Shown: one piece after another, positions 37,101 to 48,098 of the stretch
Numbering within the stretch: position 1 is the first letter of the stretch
Layout: the number at the start of each line of letters is the position of its first letter
Source of the DNA: Catajapyx aquilonaris
Taxonomy: Eukaryota
Reading direction: 5' to 3'
DNA: 51,924 nucleotides
Assembly: GCA_000934665.2 (NCBI GenBank)
Contig: KZ538714.1
Location: forward strand, 1-51,924
Made by a program: the position numbers and the translations under genes
The notes under the pieces: model-generated
Databases searched by the model: none
What the model saw: only the letters and a program-made list of their open reading frames with translations
What the model was told of the DNA's origin: nothing

Positions 37101-40100
37101 GAGGGGTCATTCATGTGCGATAGACACAGTGGTGAAAGTTTTAGATCGCAACGTCCCGCGTTCCGAGATATGAGCGACAGAAACATCCAAATTTTGGCCG
37201 CGCGCATTTGCCGGAGCCACTCTGCCAGCTCCAAATCCCTTCTACCTTGATTCCCCCAGCCCCCTGTACCCCATTTTTTTCGATCCCATACCACCATCCC
37301 CCACTCCCCCGCCAACATTTTCGTTTTCCATTGTTTCTTTGCTCCGGTATTTATTATGAGACCATCAAGCTGCTTTCTTTCGCTTCTGTCAACTGCGAAT
37401 AAAGAGCTTCTATACCTAAAATTGGGTAATGGGAACCTATTCAGCCTTATTAAAATTTGTATGACATGTATGAGAGATTATAAAATGTCATTAATTTTGA
37501 TAAGGCTGAATAGGTTCCCATTACGGGGGGAATCAAGGTAGAAGGGATTTGGAACGGGTAGAGCGGCTCCCGGCAAATGCGCGCGGCCAAAATGCGTATG
37601 TTTCTGTCGCTCATATCTCGGAAACGGCTGGACGTTGCGAGCTAAGATGTTCACCACTGTGTCTATCGCACATGAATGACCCCTCAAGCAAGTTTCAGCC
37701 AAATCGGAGGTGCCCGACCCTGACCGTTCCCTTGTAAGATCCTGAGGGGAAAAAATTACATTGGATACTTTGTGATCAGGCCTCGTATACATAATGTGGG
37801 GCGTACAAGATAAACCCACCAAGTCTGATTTTGGGAGTTTTTAGTTTTTTAGTCACATTTTTTTCTTCTCTCTTGCCTGGTGAAGTCCATTATTTTAGTC
37901 CTAAAGAATCACAATGAGCAGCTAGCCAGGATTTTCTGTATTCACGAGCAAGTAAGTAAGCGCAAGGTCAAATCTTTGCTCTGGATGATCTCAAAACTGA
38001 TTTTTTGGACTAAGTGTGGTTTTATGGTTTGCCCATGATGTATTGGTATTTGTGGTGATATGGCAATGTTCCAAATGGGCTTGCAAAAACAGTGGAAATT
38101 TTGCCTGTTGGGAAAAGAACCATTCATTTCTAGCTTCTCTGGGAGAAATTGTTTTTACCTGCGTAGAGTCGAACTTGCCAAAATCTGTAAACAATTGCCT
38201 AGAACCTGGTACAAGTATTTTGGAATTTTGTGTATTCTTTAAAAAGCATTAAAATAATTAACTGATGATAATATCTGGCTTAACCTATTCAAGGTACTTG
38301 TACATCTGATAGACTTATGGGTTGCATGATTCAGTTATGCACGTAGTTGCCTGAGCTACACTGATATTGGGTGTCCATGGAGGTCATGAGTACAGCTATT
38401 AATTATGCTCTGAACTCTTAGGCCTCTGTCACATGAGGCCACCATGGCAGCATCGCCGCATAAATTAGGCGGCACTACTCTGGCCGCGTGTTGCAGATTT
38501 GTTCGCCACCACGGACTCACTGCCAGTCGAGCTATAGTCCAAAAATGCATGTCTGGCTGCAAGAAAAGTCGCGTCTCGTGTGAAAGGCTTCATATGATTC
38601 AATGCAAACACGTGGTGGTGATGGCAGCGGCTGGCAGTGCCGAAAATCACCCTGCCCCCCACCAGTATTTCTGGCGGCATTCTGGCATCATGACCAAGGA
38701 TGCGGCCACCACTTGCAGCAATGCAAAGACCTGGCTGCACCACCTTGGCCGCGCTGCCATGGTGGCCTCGTGTGAAAGAGGCCTTATGGTTGTCCTAGCT
38801 AATTGATTCCTGTTCCAAGAAATATTTTGTGCTCTTCCCCTGTGCTCCTGTGGATGCAAACGTGTTACATGACTTCGGGGAAGTGGTCATGAGGCTCTGG
38901 CTGATAAGTCCTGATGTTGTTTTATAGATCTGGGACTGCATTGAGAACAAGCATGGATATCTGACCAGAAGTGGCCTCTACAAGGCTCTGGCATTGGTGG
39001 CCTTTGCACAACAGGGGAAGAAGGTCAATGAGAAGCTGCTTGAAAACTTTTCAGGTGAAGAACTTCCAAAGCCAAATCTTGGTGACCTGTCTGACCTTAA
39101 GTTGCTGAGCCAAAAACTGCAGAGGACCACAGATCCAACAAATCTAGGCCTCACCTTCGCTGAAATCTGCTTGATAAATTCTGTTGTTGTTCAGCTAGTA
39201 CCTGAAAAGAAGGGCTTGATATTGAAGCACGTGGAGTATCAAGTGAGCTGTGAGGTATGTCATGTAGAACTTGATCATGTGTGGAACTTGACAAAAGTGA
39301 AATTCTAGAGGTTTGTGTCACGAGTAAGCCGGAGGTACAATGATTTCGTCGCTCTCTTTGAACTGCTGGTTAGCCGCTATCCATACCGCCTCATCCCAAA
39401 GTTACCGCCAAAGAAGATTGTTGGAGGTAGGACTTTGTCAGCATTTAGTTAAGACTGTATACTAACTATTTGTTTTGCCCATAGCTGATTCACATTTTAT
39501 AGAAGAGCGGCGGAGGGGTCTGGAACGTTGGCTCACTCTAGTAGTTCGTCACCCTGTTATTGGTGATGACAAATTAGTGGAATTTTTCCTTGTATATTCA
39601 GGATCACAGGTGCAGAACAAAATTAGAGAGCAATTCCGGTATGTTCCAGATGAATTTTTCACTTCCGAGCTGGGCTGCAGGGCCAAGGTATGTGTGAGCA
39701 AAGTACTAGCAAAGCTGTTAACAAGCATGGTTGTTGCATTGGTGGCACTGTTATGTTGCTTACTCATGTTGTGTGTGCAGCAATGGTTCTTCACTATAAG
39801 TAGACCAACTGCTCTCCACCATGAGTTTCATTTTCTTAATTTTGCTTGATTTTTTTCCTGTGCAGGAATTAGTGCCTGTGGATAGTCACACTCAGTTTGC
39901 TAGCAGTAAAGAGCACATTTGTGTCTTGTGGTCCTGTGTTGCCAAATTGAAACATATCGCCGATAATATGGTACAAAGATCAACAGGGTAAGTCATTGGA
40001 CAAAATTAACATTCTTCAGTCTCTTTACATGCACACATTTTTAAGCAAGTAGAGAAATTTATTGTATGCTGATAATTGGACACTCACTTTAACACATGCA

Positions 40101-43100
40101 TGCAACTGGTTGCTTATTGCCCATGGGATATGACTTGTTTATTTATGCCACCAGGTATGCCATGGACATGGCTGAATTTGGAAACCAGCTCACCATCATG
40201 TCAAGTGATCCTCACTTGGCTTCAGCTTGGGCCACTGGTGGTAACCATGTATGGTCTGACATGAAGAAGGGCTTCCACATTGTAGCAAAGTTAGTCATTC
40301 AAATTGGCTGATGCAAACTAGTATTAACTTGCATATTTTCAGGGAGTTTGGCTTGCTGTCAGAGAAGGCGCATGTGCAGTCACAACGAGAAGAGGTGGAA
40401 TTGGGGGACAAGCTAGCCTTGCTGTTGGAGTTGTTGGGTGCATATAAAGACCTCTGCGATCGGATGGAAAAGGGCCTAGTTCATGACCACCAACGAGCAC
40501 TGATCAAGATGCAGACCATCAAGAAAAAGCAGCTGCAAACTCGGAGCCCTGGAGTGCAGACAGAAATGATAGCTGAACTGGAGTCACACATACTGGAACA
40601 AGAGTCACTGTTAGCTGACATTGAGAATCGTCACTCCTTCTCAATGCTTTGCATCCAATTGGAAACACAGTTGGTGCACATCTACCTGGAGATATTGGCA
40701 GATGTACTCAACACACTAGTGGCTGTGCATATTCATGGCCATTCAGAGGTGACTAGTTATCTAGCAGTTTTCCAATTAAAAATATGAAAATTCAAGCATC
40801 AGTTGAATGAATGTGTACCAGTCAACTCTATGTAGAAATGGTTGCAAATAAGTTGAGGAATTAGGTAGCACATTGATGTAGTGGTTAGCTACTTCCCATT
40901 TCTCCGCATTTTGACTGCAAGTGGCATTTTTTTCTTGACATGTGTCCCTTATTCAATACTGCTATTCATTTCAAAATTATAGTAACCTAAATTGGCACCA
41001 AAATTCCTTGAATACCGGTACTGTGCATTAAAAAATTCCTGTAATATAAGAAGCCTGATTCAAGAACATAAGCTAAGTAATAATAAATACCAATGTGTTA
41101 ATGAGCAAATAAAAATATTAACCACGAAGATTTTTAAATAACCCCATTTTAAGCAATTCGATAGAAAAAGCACATTTCCTTTTTTCTGGTCATTTGTGGA
41201 TGACCAAAATAAAATTCTGTGGCTCAATGATTAACTTGATATTTGTCTAGCCAAACATAATTATAAATATGTGATTACAACAATTGTTATTGAGCAACAC
41301 AGATATCTGCTGTCTTCAAAACTGCTCAGCATTTGGCTCATTAATGGCCGAGGAGCACAGTCATGTAACACTGTTATTTTGGCATTTGTGTTCAGAGGTT
41401 TATTAGATATCATTGCTGGAAGAACCAACTGACTTGGCCATCACAAGTGTGGGACAAGTGGGCTAAGAGTGGGAAGGCAGGGGGATTCTTGGCTGCTTTT
41501 CCCACCACTTGTGACAGCCATATATCTTGTTGCTGCAACAATGATGTCCAATAAATTGCCCAGTGCGAAGATATTTTGCCAAAATGTCATTGTTTCATGC
41601 TTTATTAAGCTCATAATGAGCCAAATGCCAATTTCTATTCTCAGCAGTTTCTATGCTCTGCTGTTTTGAAGATAGCAGATATCTAAGGGAGGCATGGTGG
41701 TCTGGTGGTTACCCCACAGGCCAGCCAAGTGGGAGGCTGGGGTTCAAATCCCGTCCCCGTCACCTCTGCTTGGCCGAGTCTTTTTCTGCTTTTCACCCGA
41801 CATGCCGGGGCAGATTTGCACTCCCTACTCTGCCCAGGACCAGGTGAAAAGGTCTGAAGTATTTCACAGTCATAAATGACTATAATTACAGTTCCCTCCC
41901 TTGGGAACCTCCCCCTTCCCCCCTATAAGGGCTCCGCCATATCACGGGGCATTATTTTTTTTAATAAAAAAAAGATAACATGTATCTCATTGTTCCTTAA
42001 CCCTAATAAGACGGGTGGTTTTTCGCGTTTTTGCAAGGATCTGCAAAAAATTCGCTTGCTTTGTCACTTGGGGGATGAGACATAAATACACTAGTGAATA
42101 AGATCATCTAGTGTCCAGGCTTGATCCAAAGGCCATCTATGTGACCCTCCTCTCATACCATACGGAGGGGTAAATTCTTAAATTCGCAACAAGGTGGCGC
42201 AGGGGGTATGTTTCGCGCCTACTCCAATTTTTTGTCACTCTGCCTGCTTGACAAAAAGTATATGGGTATGTAGCCTTGGCACGGCTGAACAAAGCAGTAC
42301 ATAAGCACATGGCATGAATTATGTCACAGGCCTGCCAGGTGAGCTGCTGTGATAAACACACAACCCCTCCCGAGTGTAAACATCCCTTGTGCCACAGCTG
42401 TTCAAAAACCCCGCGAGGCATGCGCCCCTCCATCTTGGCAGAGGCCGGCCAGGAGTTGCGCAGTGCCCTGCCAGGCACTAATTGGCATTTATGAACATTA
42501 TTTATTTATTTTAAAACTATTGAATTATCTTTTGCACTAATTTTAGGGTGGAATCTCTTGAGGAGGTTTGGGGGCAACTATGTATGCCAAAAAAAATTCG
42601 GCCAAGGTCGTTTTTTTTTTCTTTTTCGATTTTTTTTTCAGCCACCGCAAAAAGATGATTTCATTCAAGTTAATCTGGTTAATCCAGTTTATTTATGCAA
42701 GATTTTGTAGTCCAAAATTCGCGATTTTTTACGTGAGAGAAAATTTAAAAAAGCCATACAGAAACCACATTACATAGTGGGAAAATGCTATAGTTTCGTC
42801 ATCAGAATTTTTTAAAGCCACCGTATCAGCATATGATACTCCCGTCTTATTAGGGTTAATAACAGATAAGGAATTGTTGCAACCCTAGTTGTAAAATTAT
42901 TCCTAGATAGACAAATATTCAGTTAAATCTTTGATCCACAGGACAGTTATTTTGTCCAACCACACATGGCCAGACACATTCTGAAACTTGTTCTTTTTAT
43001 CAAACTTACAATTAGTCTTTTTAAACTACATGCTGTTGATCTTTTTACTCTGTCACTGGCTGGTATTTATTTTTACCTCATTCTAGTTCTTTAATCAGAC

Positions 43101-44962
43101 ATTATTATTTATTTATTTTTGTACCCTGTGCTCAGGTTCTAGGTACAGTGAAACCTGCCCATTACGGACCCTGGGTATAGCAGAAACCTATCCATTGGGG
43201 GATTTTTTCTGGGAATGGGCGTATGTATAGGACATGCAACGTATTTTTTGACGCATATAATGGAACCTGCCCAACATGGAAACAGAAGGGATTTTTGTCT
43301 CCCTTCAAAGAAAATCTTTGTCCGTAATGGAAATCAAAAGGTTCACATTATCTCCTGCGAGTCACAAAAATAGAAACTATAGCCGGGTTCACTCCCGACC
43401 CTCCCAGGTGGCCTCTGAGTCCTTCACCATACTGTGTCTCCTAATTGCTGGAATTGCTATCGGCCAGTGGCCTTGAAGATATTCGAGATGAAAGGGGACT
43501 ATTTGGATGGTGTTATGCAATAATGAGTCAATCCACAAAAATGTCAAAATTGAGTTAAGCCCAGGAACATACACACCCAAAGGATCAAACTTCATTCACT
43601 TTCAATTAAAATCACGCTGGCGAAATCTGCATACTTCTGCCATAAACGAAGATGCGGCTTGTTGGGCGTAGGAGGGGGGGGGGGGGGNNNNNNNNNNNNN
43701 NNNGGGGGGGGGGGGGGGGGGAAGACACATCCTTACATAAGAGAGGAAAAGAACATACGCATCCCGGCAATAACAGGGGCACAAGTCCAAAAAGTCAATT
43801 TCACAGGAGAGCACTTTGAAAGTTGTATAGTGTTGGTGTAGTGTTATCGTAAATCAGGTATTGATGTAGCATTCGAATAATCAGAATAATTAATTTTTAA
43901 TTTTTTTAAATCAGAATATGCATTCTGAATGTGCACACGGTCATGGACCCTGCTCTAGTAATAAGTCAAAATCGTCATTTTTGGACTTGTGCTCCTGTTA
44001 TTGCCGGGATGCGATATATATATGCAGGGTGGTCCAACTTTTTTGTCCGAACAGCTATTGACAAATTCGACCTAAGCTGCTTATGTTGTAGTGCGTTACC
44101 TGGCAACCCCGGCCGGCGGGCCAATTCAAACATCAGCACATGGAGAGTGCTTAGTTGGAGTATGTGCAGCTTCTCATGGTGCTCCTCTGCCACTGGGGCC
44201 AGGTTAATTGTGTATTATTAGAGCCCTGGAAGCTCTTGGCCGGATATGGATATGGAATCGACAATGGAAAGAACACTTAGCACTCGTCTCCATGTGCTGA
44301 TGTTTGAATTGGCCCGCCGGCCGGGGTTGCCAGGTAACGCACTACAACATAAGCAGCTTAGGCCGAATTTGTCAATAGCTGTTCGGACAAAAAAGTTGGA
44401 CCACGCTGTATATATATACATGGTGTAAATGAATTCGGGGGACAAACTTGTAGGGGTAATAGAGGGGACCCAGACAAACATATTTGACCTAGGAACCCGT
44501 GTCCGGAAACGCCATCTAGAGGGGGTTCATAGACAAGGAATGGGTGCGCTCACATGCGTCACGCGGGAGGCGCTAACGAGCGGACCGTTTAGTTGCTAGG
44601 TGGCGCGCGGATTGTACACAACTTCGCGGATTGTACACAACTTTGCAATTTGCCATAACCTGGCAACAACAGAGCCACCTAACAACTAAAGTCAGCATGC
44701 TAGGTAGCGCACAGATAATAAACAACAACTCTGTTGTTGCCAAGTCATGGCGAATTGCAAAGTTGTGTACAATCCGCGCGCCACCTGGCAACTAAACGGT
44801 CTGCTCGCTGACGCCTCCCGCCTGGCGCGTCTGAGCGCACCCATTCCTTGTCTATGAACCCCCTCTAGATGGCGTTTCCGGACACGGGTTCCTAGGTCAA
44901 ATATGTTTGTCTTGGTCCCCTCTATTACACCTACAAGTTTGTCCCCCGAATTCATTTACACC

Positions 44963-44993
<31 letters not shown>

Positions 44994-45888
44994 AGATGAC
45001 TTCAATTTTTTTTTGTCCTTTGTAAATGTAGGTATGCAGATATGCATATGAATTGGGGTAAAAAGGGGTTCTTCCCCTGGAATAATAAATACAGTGGTAT
45101 CCTCTCATACCCGGACCAGGTAGAGCCAGGCGGTGGCTTCCAAGTTGGAAGCCCCAAACCCGACTGATTCTCCCAGCTCCAGGCCGTTTATTTATACCAA
45201 AACTGGCGCAGGCTCCGTACAACATCAAAAGGGGGGAGGGGAGTGACAAAGCAGGGCATGCGCAAAAGGGGGTTTTGACATAGGGGGAGTGGCTAGACAG
45301 GGCGCATGCGCAAGGGGGAGTTGTGATGTATGGGGGGTAAAGAGGGGGGAGAGTGTGATGTGTTAGGGTAAGATGAAGAGTGACGTAGATAAAAGGTGTT
45401 GGGGAAGGGGGGGAGATTTGAACATAATTTGAAAGAGAGGAAAAGGGGGGAGGGGAGGGGTGAGATTTTTAAACCTTACATAGGCATGAAAAGTCGCAAA
45501 AGGCAGAATAGGCAAAATAGTTCCGAAAACCATGAAATAGGCCATTTTAGGCACCTTGGAATAATTGGGCAACTAGATCAGGATGCAACAAGCTGGACAA
45601 GAATAGCTACTACTGGCAATATTAGCGATAACTAAAAATGAACCTGATACTTGGAATACCCTGTGACAGAATTTATGACAATGCAAGGTAGGGCCTGTCA
45701 TCATAGATTTTGAGAGAGAATAATGCTCTTTCTGAGTATAACTCAGGTCAGATTATTTTTCACCAGACTAACATATTCCTAATTAATTTCAGATGGCCAA
45801 GGTGTGGGAGCAAATTCAGCCAACCCTGGAGAAATGTCTTCCTGATATGTTTTCAAAGCCAAAATCTAATGGCTGTTCAGGTGATTAA
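34165..45888 (+). CDS. SNX8: Sorting nexin 8 (PX-BAR, Mvp1 family), join(34165-34186,34401-34531,38928-39254,39309-39426,39485-39687,39866-39987,40155-40289,40343-40748,45793-45888), 519 aa
   Basis: PX signature [54 protein letters not shown], and BAR region [30 protein letters not shown]. All introns GT-AG with consistent phases (1560 nt). Confidence 0.94.
34401..34531 (+). CDS. SNX8: SNX8 exon 2
   Basis: [16 protein letters not shown]...LSTQTLSV; acceptor TTTCAG|, donor |GTAAGT. Confidence 0.9.
34574..35340. mobile_element. Tc1/mariner fold-back element built from two 3' ends
   Basis: TA-CAGGGTGGGGCAAAAGTCATGGGCG ... CGCCCATGACTTTTGCCCCACCATG-TA; arms about 325 bp. 34915-35211 (+) reads [35 protein letters not shown]...[16 protein letters not shown]. 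Confidence 0.9.
35821..36669. mobile_element. Long palindromic element (arms about 300 bp, loop about 36125-36135)
   Basis: ACAACCAAAGTAACTCTTCTTACCCTCCTGAATTTTG versus CAAAATTCAGGAGGGTAAGAAGAGTTACTTTGGTTGT; centre GGCGATTATAATAATGGAGAGCC versus GGCTCTCCATTATTATAATCGCC. Confidence 0.85.
36361..36590. mobile_element. hAT/Charlie-type MITE inserted in the right arm of the palindrome
   Basis: TIR CAGCAGTTCTCAAACT / AGTTTGAGAACTGCTG. Decayed 8-bp TSD CTGTAAGC / ATGTAGGT; the left arm preserves the empty site (CTATAGGC). Confidence 0.85.
36720..36997 (-). mobile_element. tRNA-derived SINE (family A)
   Basis: On - strand: head GGGGAGGCGGAGTGGTGCTGC...GGTTCGATCCC (B box); body matches 48627-49009. 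Confidence 0.8.
37052..37734. mobile_element. Long-TIR MITE (arms about 205 bp) with 3-bp TSD TAA
   Basis: TAA-CAAGGGAACGGTCAGGGTCGGGCACCTCCGATTTGG ... CCAAATCGGAGGTGCCCGACCCTGACCGTTCCCTTG-TAA; internal hairpin at about 37428-37523. Confidence 0.88.
38421..38783. mobile_element. PIF/Harbinger-type MITE
   Basis: TTA-GGCCTCTGTCACATGAGGCCACCATGGCAGC ... GCTGCCATGGTGGCCTCGTGTGAAAGAGGCC-TTA. Confidence 0.85.
38928..39254 (+). CDS. SNX8: SNX8 exon 3
   Basis: [30 protein letters not shown]...[10 protein letters not shown]; donor |GTATGT. Confidence 0.92.
39309..39426 (+). CDS. SNX8: SNX8 exon 4 (PX domain)
   Basis: [39 protein letters not shown]. Confidence 0.93.
39485..39687 (+). CDS. SNX8: SNX8 exon 5
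   Basis: [24 protein letters not shown]...ELGCRAK; donor |GTATGT. Confidence 0.93.
39866..39987 (+). CDS. SNX8: SNX8 exon 6
   Basis: [18 protein letters not shown]...MVQRST; donor GG|GTAAGT. Confidence 0.9.
40155..40289 (+). CDS. SNX8: SNX8 exon 7
   Basis: [18 protein letters not shown]...[20 protein letters not shown]. Confidence 0.9.
40343..40748 (+). CDS. SNX8: SNX8 exon 8 (BAR domain)
   Basis: EFGLLSEKA...HIHGHSE; donor |GTGACT. Confidence 0.92.
41301..41684. mobile_element. Old palindromic element
   Basis: AGATATCTGCTGTCTTCAAAAC...GCATTTGGCTCATTA versus TAATGAGCCAAATGC...GTTTTGAAGATAGCAGATATCT. Confidence 0.65.
41687..41890 (+). mobile_element. tRNA-derived SINE (family C)
   Basis: GGGAGGCATGG-TGGTCTGGTGG (A-box-like) and GGTTCAAATCCC (B box, 41741-41752); no cloverleaf closure. 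Confidence 0.65.
42001..42855. mobile_element. piggyBac-type MITE
   Basis: TTAA-CCCTAATAAGACGGG ... CCCGTCTTATTAGGG-TTAA (15-bp TIR). Confidence 0.88.
43146..43330. mobile_element. Tigger/pogo-like terminal fragment
   Basis: TA-CAGTGAAACCTGCCC with subterminal AACCT-CCCA repeats; opposite end not found. Confidence 0.4.
43688..43703. other. Small assembly gap (16 N) inside a poly-G tract
   Basis: Seen directly. Confidence 0.99.
43758..44013. mobile_element. MITE with about 35-bp TIR
   Basis: ATA-CGCATCCCGGCAATAACAGGGGCACAAGTCCAAAAA ... TTTTTGGACTTGTGCTCCTGTTATTGCCGGGATGCG-ATA. Confidence 0.85.
44025..44408. mobile_element. Tc1/mariner-type fold-back MITE (arms about 130 bp)
   Basis: CAGGGTGGTCCAACTTTTTTGTCCGAACAGC ... 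GCTGTTCGGACAAAAAAGTTGGACCACGCTG-TA. Confidence 0.88.
44419..44965. mobile_element. Tc1/mariner-type fold-back MITE, palindromic almost to the centre
   Basis: TA-CATGGTGTAAATGAATTCGGGGGACAAACTTGTAGG ... CCTACAAGTTTGTCCCCCGAATTCATTTACACCCTG-TA. Confidence 0.9.
44966..44993. repeat. (TA)n microsatellite
   Basis: Seen directly; shorter TA runs at 44014-44023 and 44409-44418. Confidence 0.9.
45162..45196 (-). promoter_or_regulatory. Candidate Pol II core promoter: TATAAATA at -31 plus Inr TCAGTC (+1 = 45165), antisense to SNX8
   Basis: - strand reads TATAAATAAACGGCCTGGAGCTGGGAGAATCAGTC, canonical arthropod TATA-Inr spacing. Upstream are GCGCATGCGC (45302-45311) and G/C-tract repeats. Confidence 0.45.
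45793..45888 (+). CDS. SNX8: SNX8 last coding exon
   Basis: Acceptor TTTCAG|; [31 protein letters not shown]. Confidence 0.87.
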   Translation: MAKVWEQIQPTLEKCLPDMFSKPKSNGCSGD

Positions 45889-47391
45889 GAGGCAACTATT
45901 TGTGCATGGTTTGGTTCCTCAATGGTACAGAAGATAGAAGGGCTGTATAACACAAATTGGTTCTTCAAATATGTCCAGGTGAAAATCATGTGGACTCATC
46001 TGGAGTACAATAATTCAGTATGGGTGTAGCATAATAGGTTACTGAACGGTCTTCTTTGCACTACATTATTTAGTTCCATATCTTTGCCGAACCTTTAATC
46101 TCTGTAGTGCCATGGAGAGCAAATTCCCACATGAAAAAGTGGTCCCTGGTTCAATTCCTACTGAGACAAAAATGGCTGTGCACACCTGCCTTGAGATGTC
46201 CTAGTAGCCAACTCATCTTATGCCTAGTGTTTTATAGTTTACGCCATGTTAACAGAAAACTTGCCACAACTGTGTATTATAATATGTATTCATGATTGCA
46301 TTTTGATGGATTTTGGTTAACACCTCTTGGCACAGTCACTTGTAACTCAAATTGGTAAACTTAACATTCCATCACTGAACAAGTTCAAGTTTTGATAGTG
46401 TGCAATATTTATGGATTGGAGACTGATATGCACATCATGTTCCTTTTTTGTACATATGTACTGTACATTATTGAGTTTCATAGTGTTCATATGTATAGAA
46501 TTACAGTAGTTGGGAGTTAAAATTCATTGCAGGTTGAATTTTTTATTTCAAAAGGCCATACTATTTCCGACACTTGCTCCATTGGAGTCATATTCTGCTA
46601 CACTTGGCAGACTACTGCTTGACAGATAACATAGGATATCCATTGGTTACCTGCTACTAATCTAAATATTCCAGTAACCACTACCGGTAATTGCTACCTG
46701 CTAATGCCTGATGTAGATTATGCATCCCATACAGTTGCCAGTTACCTCGCGAATAATAGTCCTTCAATATTCAGCTAGCAGTAGTAAGCCAGATAAATAT
46801 GATCTACTTTAACTTTTTCATTTTTCTTCTATTAGCAACATTTCCATCCTCTCTTATTCAAGGCATTTACCAGTTGACTTGTCTTAGGAAATAGCTGCAC
46901 TGTGACCTGTATATCAGGATCAACTGGTCTATGGACAGAGAAGGGCTTCGACAACCCAAGTCAAAACCCTGTCATTTTGAGATATTTGCATTTGAAGTTT
47001 GTTGTTTCCATTATTATTATATATGGAAGTGCATGATTTCAATTGGCTAAAACTTTGCAAGGGTTGCTCCTACAGTTACGGGCTTTGTGCCAACAGGTGT
47101 GGCTTGCAAAGAGGAGTGCAATGGTGCATTTATCTCCATTTAAGCGATTTTCGAATATATGGGGTTTTAACTTGGGCTGTCAGGGCTTCCCACAAATGAG
47201 CAGCATATTAGGTCGGAGAAGAAAAGGCAGAATGAAAAGACATTGCATCAGCTGTAGCAACCTCTCCTGGTAAAAAATGCTGCTTAATCAACATACTGTA
47301 TATAATACCATAACTTCTGGCAGAAGCAATGGTGATTGTTTGATGTAAGTCACATGACCACTGGAAAGTAGATGACCGATGTCCCAGAGTA

Positions 47392-47794
47392 CAGTACCCT
47401 GCATTAATGGCCATGCACAGACACCGCCATCTGGCGGGAACGAGCGGAAGTAGATGAAGTTCGCTGCGTCCAAAATACTTGGGACAGCTCAAGGCTTCTC
47501 CCGAGTCCGCTCAAGGCTGCTCAAGACATCGCGGTGGATTAACAGGCATTCACGTGGTACGTGTAATAACTGGTTCACAACCTCAATACATTGATAGGAA
47601 TCGCAATGGCCTTATAATATTCATCCTACAGATACATCTGTGATCCGCTGTGATCCATCTTTGTAGCAAGCGTTTGAATCAACCGCGATATCTTGAGCTG
47701 TCCAAGTATTTTGGACGCAGTCCACCGGCGCCTAATTCCGCTCGTTCTTGGACAGGTGGCGATGTCTGTGCATGGCCATTAATGCAGGGTACTG
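47392..47794. mobile_element. Tc1/mariner-type MITE
   Basis: TA-CAGTACCCTGCATTAATGGCCATGCACAGACA ... TGTCTGTGCATGGCCATTAATGCAGGGTACTG-TA. Confidence 0.9.
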
Positions 47795-47850
47795 TACACA
47801 TGATTGTGGCTAACTCTGGCCAAAATAAATTCTTTTATCAGCATCATATA

Positions 47851-48098
47851 CAGTGTATTCCGAGTATCTGGTTCCTTTTAGTTATCATAAGTTTCTCCCC
47901 AAGTGTAATTTTTGTACATAATAGCTTTGTGCACTCTGATGAAGGCACCCAATTATATAGCAGCTGCTATATTCGACCACACCTCAGCACCGTGATTGGG
48001 GTGCACAAAGCTACAGAAAAAAATAACTTTGGGCAAAATTTGTGATAACTAAAAGCAAGCGCTCTTGCTAAAAGGAACTGGATACTTGTAACATACTG
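47851..48098. mobile_element. Older Tc1/mariner-type MITE
   Basis: TA-CAGTGTATTCCGAGTATCTGGTTCCTTTTAG ... CTAAAAGGAACTGGATACTTGTAACATACTG-TA. Confidence 0.75.

Noticed and set aside
34680..37822. Mirror-image ORF pairs on both strands (also at 43975-44481)
   Set aside because: They result from palindromic MITE arms and are not genes.
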